64,000 nt of DNA. Source: Owenia fusiformis (lineage: Eukaryota). Within the stretch, counting starts at the first letter, position 1. Each line of letters opens with the position of its first letter. Shown one piece after another: positions 57,601-64,000 of this stretch. The stretch covers positions 23,312,001-23,376,000 of the forward strand of contig CAIIXF020000001.1 in the NCBI GenBank assembly GCA_903813345.2, read 5' to 3'. A program made the translations under genes and the position numbers. A model generated the notes under the pieces. The model was not told the origin of the DNA. It saw only the letters and a list, made by a program, of their open reading frames with translations, and searched no databases.

Positions 57601-60600
57601 TTCACAGTTTCAGTCCGTGATTAATATGCCAAGATATTCACATTAGAATGCAACATTTTCAAAAAACCAAGGACTTTCCTCATGCTACTCTCCTGTCCTT
57701 TAAAATCATAAATGAATTCAGACTTCAAGTATTTTCCTTTTGATGTGCATCACTTGTCAACGTGAAACATCCGAATCCATCATTTTTCTCGATTTTTTCA
57801 TACGTTGTGTTTTTAATTTGAGTAAAATTGAAAGGGGTCGATCCTATTTGAACATGAATCGATTCGGTCATGAAAAATGATGCTTTAGACGTATAGAAAA
57901 TGACAAAAGAATTATTTTGGGAGCAATGATCATTTGGCTGGTTCACCATTTTTCCGCGTGTCGTTTTTCACAAGAAAATTGAAAACAAATGACAATGAGT
58001 TATATGTTCACTTAGGAGAAGTCTTAATTAAAGAACGGTCATTTTTGATGACTATAGCTAGCTGAATTGAGAAACAAGTTTGGATTTTTGTCTTATATTA
58101 TCACCTTTATGTTTAATTTTCCGTCAAAACTCGACATAAAGCATGAATAGTAGAATCGTGCCGTGTTTCACTTTCTCCAAGGAAAAAGCAGTTACGTACA
58201 TGTTACATATGTGAACTCATGCAATCATAGTTTATATGTACTGAACACCTCTTTTCTATTTTCAATAACTATGTGCACACCACATTATTTATCTTTTTAA
58301 ATCAACTTCACCAAAACTTTTCACTGATTCAAGAAACCAGCGCTTTTACACTTTACATCGATGGTGCAAATGCCTTGTCGTCAAGCACCTAATCGCCATA
58401 GTTCCCTTTTAATCTCTTTTAGTGTATGAGGTAAGACACTTTGATTTGTTTTTTTACAATTTGAGAAACTTTTACTATGGGTGTTTACTTTTTAGACCAA
58501 CTGCAGGGTGACGTAGTGAAGTCTTTCCTGCATGCACCACAAACAGCAGGGTAACCATGTACATGTTCATTCCAAATGACATTAAAAGCATTCAATCATG
58601 CATCAGAAAAGTCCCTTTTAAAGATTTCAAATTCAAAAGAGAAACTTTTTTCATTTAAAATTAATGGTAACTCTACTTGGTTGTACGTTATCATTTGAAA
58701 GATATAAGAATGATAATACTGACGTATTTAAGTCTGACGTAGCCAAAGCATAAAAATCATCTGCACTGTGAATATGAAATTTTCTTTTGGTCTGCGGAGC
58801 GCTTCATCGATGCCCCGATCTCATCACAAGGTCATTTTTCATGGCCACTGAAAACGTTTTTATCGTTATGTTTTGCTACATTCGAGCTGAGTTAAGTCAC
58901 TAGTCCTAGAACGAATTTTTTTGTCAGACTCGATACTTTTTCAACGGTTTCTGATATCACATAACAAAACTCTAAGCATAAACTCAATTCTTTCCTGTGA
59001 TTTTCATTTTTCTTCGAAGTTCTGGAAGTTTAATATTCAGTGCAATGGGTTATCCCGGTTTTGTTTTAGAGAAATAGAACATTGAAAGAATTAATCTCGC
59101 TTTGTTGCCTCCATTCTCGAAGCATGCATTTTGTAGTTTCTTTTTGCTAGTCGGTTGGCAATATATTTCAAAGAGGAGTGTTTTTTGCATATTTCTTTAA
59201 TATTCTCGAGGATTGCTTAGTTTTTGCTTTTCTCTATCTCTTTTCCAACGAATTGCGTTTCGCAAAGGCATATTGAATATTACATATCATATACAGATCG
59301 TGCAAATGGAATTGAAATAGATAAAAATTAATCATAACACGAAAACATCGTTGAAAAGCTGTAATCGTTCATGTTACTTAACTAGAGTTTTCGGTTCATG
59401 GTGTTCTCCATTAATAATACTTGCAATCATTGAAAAGAAAACAGAATGCAAACATTAAGTGACTTTATGATTGAATTCAGCGATCCCCGGGAATACACTG
59501 AACGAAATGCTATTTAGTGAGGGTCAACTATTTTGGGCTTTAATGGTCCTCATATAACATTTTTTGTTATGACTATTCCAAAAAAATATGCTTATGGAAT
59601 TCCCAAATAACTTGTCATTTGCTTGCATGTTACGTATTATTGTAAAGACGTATAAAATGTAAAAAGCGCATTTACAAAAGGGCAAATTCGTTAGGTGTTA
59701 TCGTTTCCTTGCCTATAAATTGATCTTTATGCGTAATCACTGAATAACTTTTAAACATGTGTTTTAAGAATATGGGTCATAATATAAGATTAAATCAATC
59801 CATCTGGGATTTATAAAAATGGCTAATTACTGCTTTGAGTTCAATGCTATAACCGTGACGTTTTTCACGCGTGACGATTGTCACAGTTTCGCACAATATC
59901 AGTTCATAGATTAGGTAATGCTTGTTATTTCGAAAATCCTTTTATGTTATGATGGAGTGGTCATATTGTTTTCTTGAAAATTGCCCCATTTTCAACAAGA
60001 CTACTGTCAATATATGAGTAACATCACGGTCGTTTTTCACAAGCAAAACGGTGATTTTTCAGAATTTTTCAGATCATGTTCATTATAATTCAATCACAAC
60101 TAGTATCACGATTTGTAACACTTTGGTCTGATAAACTGAACTAAGGACTTTATAACTACGGATAATTAATTTATCTCGAGTTTCCCTACTGCCGTCTGGG
60201 CCTGTTTTAACGACCGTGACGTTTTTCACAGAATAAATTGTACACTTACTATAATGGGTATATTATAATCGGTAGTGGGTGAGAAGCAAATACACTGCTG
60301 TCATCACACTCTGACTGAATGTCTTCTATGCCAAAAGAACCAAAATGAAAAGATGCGACCATTTATAACTGAGATATGACATGTTTTCACGGGCGTGTTG
60401 TCCTGTTACATCAGCAAATTCACGAAATTCACAACTTATTAGCGAATTTTCAAAGTTATTTACAACCGGACTGATCAATACGTATGCTGACCGAATAAAG
60501 ATAAAGGCATATTATTTTAAAATACATAAAACAATTAGAAAAAATCATTTTAGTTTTAGCTATTTTCAATTACACGAAAAATACCCATTTTTAACATTTA

Positions 60601-63342
60601 TTGGTTTTGAATGATATGAGAACTGGTGGTGCTGGCACTAAGCTGGATTTATCATCTTATTCTGACATCCGTAATTTGATCATTTAGATTTTCTGCAAAT
60701 GTGATTGTCTCATCACGGGCAAGGGATAGTTTCCAGTAGTCGTTATGGTAATTTTGACCATAATGACCTCACAGGAAAGAACTTTTCTTTTACCCCATTA
60801 ACGCTGTGATATAAATCACAATCATAGTTCACAACAATTCCAAGAGAATGGTCCGGATGAAATAATTTTTCTTTTTGTAAATACAGGGTGATGCAAAAAT
60901 GCAAAACTACAGTACATTTTGGAATAGCAATGTCATTAACTAAGGAATCTTTATTTTATTTGTGTTACTTGTGTATTTTAGATTTTACTCGTGGCCCCGT
61001 TAATAGAGCGTTTAATGCGTGAAATACTGATTTAGTTCCAACAATTTGAACTTTCATATTGTCGGTTTTGATAGATTGATAGATTGATAGATTTTTTGTG
61101 TCACCTTGTACTTAACTTGTTTTGAAGTTTTGGTTTAAAGCAGACAATCCACATGGTTTAAAAGCTATAAATATATTCGTTATTAGCCAAAACGATGTCT
61201 TTGGTTAGCATTGTATCCGTCACATTCATGAAATTTATTTGTGACAACGGGAAAAAGGTTAACGTTAGCATTATCACACTGAATATGACACCAGGATTGA
61301 TGCTTGTTTACAAACTCTTAAAACCTCATCATTAACAGGTCATTTTGAACTTGGAAACTTGCCTCAAAATCGTACTTCCCCAGTCCTCTATCATGTAATT
61401 GGGAATATAAGTACTATGAATTATTGACAAGTAGTCTAACAATTGACAGAGATGTGAATATATAACTTTAAGTGAGCTCATACAGTCAAGTAGTACAAAC
61501 TTATCATGAAGTTTCCTTATTAAACGGAAGAACGGAAGAGAGGTGATAGGACACACTGACATTACAACTTATCCAATTAACTCTGTGACAATTTTAATGA
61601 GTATTAATTTAGTCTTAAATCGTCGAACGCTAACAGCCCTGAACAATATTACGACTTCATTTATGAAAAGGCACAATTGGCAACAACAAAATACAACCCC
61701 TCTTACGCCAATAATTGTTAATGATAACGTTGACTATATCGATTAAGGTTACAATGATAAAGACTACATTAATAATAACTAAATTGAAAAAGAATACAAT
61801 AATGGTAAAGGTTACAATGATAAATTCAATGATGCTGCAATGATAGAGTTTAGAATGATATAAGCTATAATAATGATGGTTGATGACTTTATTGATCAAG
61901 CCCTTCTTATTCGATCCAATCGCAACACCTAAATACACATTAATCACCAAGCGAATACTAAATGAGCTAAAATAAAGGTGATTGGGGAACTTACTTTGTG
62001 ATACACCTATATGTATCAGCCACCTCATCACAGGTGCTAATCTTAACGATGCTGTGGAAAATGATTTCCTTTCCTTTTTCTGATGCTGTGGAGTTCTCTT
62101 CTTTCTCACTGCTACAGACATTTGGTCTAAAATTCGAAATTGGAAATTTTAATTGCTTATTGTCATATATAAATTTAAAATAAATTTCATATGTAAATAT
62201 TGAAAATAGCATACAATCAATTAATAAAGTAGGAATGTGAATGTTTGAAATTAAGTTTGATTTAGGAAGGTTTTTGGTCGAGCGGTCTTCAAAGCTTGTC
62301 AGTGTTATTTGTTGTAGGGCAAGGGATATTTAATGTAATCGTTGAAATAGAACTTACCCCTCATACCATTGTCCATGGTTGACACGGATACCAACTATCA
62401 GCCTATTTAGGAAATCTTCGAGTGACTCTCCCCCACGTCCAATGACATCCAATGGGTGCGATGTTCTCACAGTGATACTAGGTGAGCTATGAAAGACATG
62501 GGGAATTACATATTAACAAGGCATTTAAGTGCAAAATGTCACCACCTGCCATTTGTTACAGACGCCGATCGTCGAACACCATCCACAAAAGATTAGAGAC
62601 ATAACAATATACCACCACTTCTGGTGGTGACATGACCGCCATTTTGCTGATCTAAAAATCGGAGAGCCAAATTAAAATTTTCGAGGCATATCTGAGCTAA
62701 AATGAAAATATTACGTTCATATTTTTCTCGTAATAAAGTGCCAGTATTGCTAGCAAAGAATGAGAATCATGTTATCACTTTAACCTTATAATCGAACCAA
62801 AAAAAACTTTAATGTAACGTGGATTATCATAAATAGACTTAATTCAGCACAAGAAACGGTAAACACCACCTTCACGCGTTTACAAGCACAAGTGAGGTGA
62901 AGAAGATAGGAGGGGAGGTCCTGTGACTTAATGCAATACAAATTATTGAACTTCTGAGCTAGTATTAACCGGTGAAGATCTACAATATTGTACAATGTTA
63001 TAACTGAACGAAGTCACGTTTGAATAATTTAGAGGAATTTCTATATGTTATATCTTAATATATAGAGAGAAGAGTGAAGATCAACTATATGGAATGTAGG
63101 CAATATTATGTTATTTTAAATAATGTGATAAAGTGGCCTAAAACAATAATAGAAAAAAATAAATCATAAATATATGTCATGTATTAATTGATAACTTACA
63201 AATCGCGCAAAGAGTCATCTATCCATGAATGTTTCCACGGTGATTTGCCTCGTCGCGCATGGTTGCCATGGCGATCTTTCCTCCTCCTCGCATGAATTCC
63301 ACTACACACAAGCACCAATATAAGCAGAACTAACAGCCGCAT
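45636..63342 (-). CDS. Secreted TGFBI/periostin-like protein (signal peptide, EMI-like Cys domain, four FAS1 domains), ~778 aa
   Basis: complement join(63200-63342,62358-62486,61995-62126,57029-57123,56752-56912,50599-50793,49211-49361,48846-48983,48116-48328,47581-47717,47090-47281,46879-46968,46289-46435,46100-46190,45636-45958)=2337 nt; phases consistent. MRLLVLLILVLVCSGIHA; WYEGPNVC...FECCDGF; FTIFAP/YTLFAPTD/FTLFLPTN/YTIFAPTN and ATNGVVHVVD/GTNGVLHVID/STNGIIHKVN. Extra small exons cannot be excluded. Confidence 0.92.
48433..48850 (-). repeat. ~21-bp degenerate tandem repeat containing a 5' splice-site motif
   Basis: Roughly 18-19 copies of gcataggtaactcacctgtgaa-like units (minus strand CAG|GTGAGT) abutting the real donor at 48845. 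Confidence 0.85.
49449..50244. mobile_element. PIF/Harbinger-like MITE (TTA TSD)
   Basis: TIR ccc..ctatcacaccaaactagttct / agaactagtttggtgtgatagggggg; TTA at 49446-49448 and 50245-50247; interior is two diverged ~390-bp copies (second from ~49841). Confidence 0.7.
50826..51017. mobile_element. Hairpin MITE with CAGG termini and possible 5-bp TSD
   Basis: caggcctcctagacttc...aactacgtt vs aacgtagtt...gaagtctagggggcctg; ATATA on both sides. Confidence 0.7.
52000..52530. mobile_element. Degenerate inverted-repeat element
   Basis: ttgccgaactattctgact (~52063) vs agtcagaatagttcggcaa (~52470) plus flanking similarity; boundaries approximate. Confidence 0.45.
53275..53630. repeat. Composite minisatellite (ggacacattgaactttgaacttgac / cactggac units)
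   Basis: Recurrent ~60-65-bp and shorter modules; source of spurious Ser/Val/Cys ORFs. Confidence 0.8.
54075..54190 (-). mobile_element. Diverged 5' end of the HINE family
   Basis: tttgttacggacgccg...ccaaccgccg...ataacaactgtcaccactt...ggtgatataa resembles the reverse complement of 11700-11795. Confidence 0.55.
54857..55031. mobile_element. Small mariner-type MITE
   Basis: TA|CAGGGTGACC ... GGCCACCCTG|TA. Confidence 0.65.
60884..61108. mobile_element. Small mariner-type MITE
   Basis: TA|CAGGGTGATGCAAAAA ... TTTTTGTGTCACCTTG|TA; related right end at ~43120-43140. Confidence 0.6.
62515..62633 (-). mobile_element. Minimal ~120-bp HINE with both ends and no satellite
   Basis: aacaaggcatt...aaaatgtcaccacct (3' end) joined to ttgttacagacgccg...ataacaatat.ccaccactt.tggtggtgacat (5' end), reverse complement of the ends of 11695-13671. 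Confidence 0.75.
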
Positions 63343-63640
63343 GATATTTCTAAATAGAAATAAATTTGATCCGTCAAAAGTAATCCATAAAATCTCCCAT
63401 TATCTTTCTGTTACGCCACTAATGGTAACAGAATCAATCAAATTTCCTGTTCTGTGATTTGAAACTGATAATTACGTTGTTTAATATCGCCAAATGTAAT
63501 TATCACTTGTTAGAAATGTTGGTTCATTTACTTTCAAGACACTCTATAGTCCTTGCGTATTAGCACAACATTTAACTTTCTGATACCTTATGGACCTATC
63601 ATAAATATATTTGTGTAATAATTCGATCATTCGAACTTAC

Positions 63641-63825
63641 CAGTGCCTATGGCTCTATCCAATGTTTTGTTGTGTTGTTCACTTTCGTTCTTCAGTGAAG
63701 TTGTAGTTCACTTGTCATACTTATAGTGCTTTATCTCTGTTTGTGCTGTAATCACATCTCATTGGCCTTTAACATGAGGCAAGGCTGTGTAACTTCACTC
63801 GCGTTTACTGTAAATCTTTATAAAA
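63641..63825 (-). promoter_or_regulatory. Putative leader exon and TATA box of the fasciclin-domain gene
   Basis: Donor CTG|GTAAGT at 63640; acceptor tttag| at 63350 just before the ATG; minus-strand TATAAA at ~63817-63822. Confidence 0.55.
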
Positions 63826-64000
63826 TCCGAATATTTTTCACTATTCCTCATGTAACTCCCGGGGTGTAACTCCTTACGAAAGTGTTGTAACTTAAGGTCA
63901 CGAAGGTATGACTTTTACTTAGTGCACGTGACGATAACAGTCACTGAAACGTTCTTTTTATGTTTGTCGTTTCAACAGGTAAATCCAAGGAGGTATTGTA

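Noticed and set aside
61657-62121. 154-aa hydrophobic minus-strand ORF
   Set aside because: Off-frame read of a true exon running into AAT-rich low-complexity intron.

Overview
AT-rich, intron-rich animal genomic DNA, probably a marine invertebrate (lophotrochozoan-like repeat landscape; this is inference). Hand-spliced gene models: first coding exon of an ACAP/centaurin-beta ArfGAP (-, 6260-6312), head-to-head with a 12-coding-exon enolase (+, 13732-20425, 436 aa); DPH2 (-, 23368-26975, 489 aa); an intronless TRAPPC2/sedlin CDS (-, 28897-29325) between DPH2 and its probable promoter; PIGB (+, 31210-36172, 774 aa, with a large low-complexity insert); and a secreted EMI + 4xFAS1 TGFBI/periostin-like gene (-, 45636-63342, 778 aa). 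Non-coding DNA holds many non-autonomous DNA transposons with readable TIRs and TSDs (piggyBac-, MULE-, hAT-, Transib-, mariner-, Harbinger-like, and Helentron/HINE elements carrying satellite arrays). Most unusual: (1) a 15-copy 87-bp array built from an enolase 3' splice site, in frame and stop-free, part of a wider pattern of tandem duplications anchored on splice junctions; (2) a possible shared-leader or dicistronic TRAPPC2/DPH2 unit. Family assignments come from recognised motifs, not database searches.
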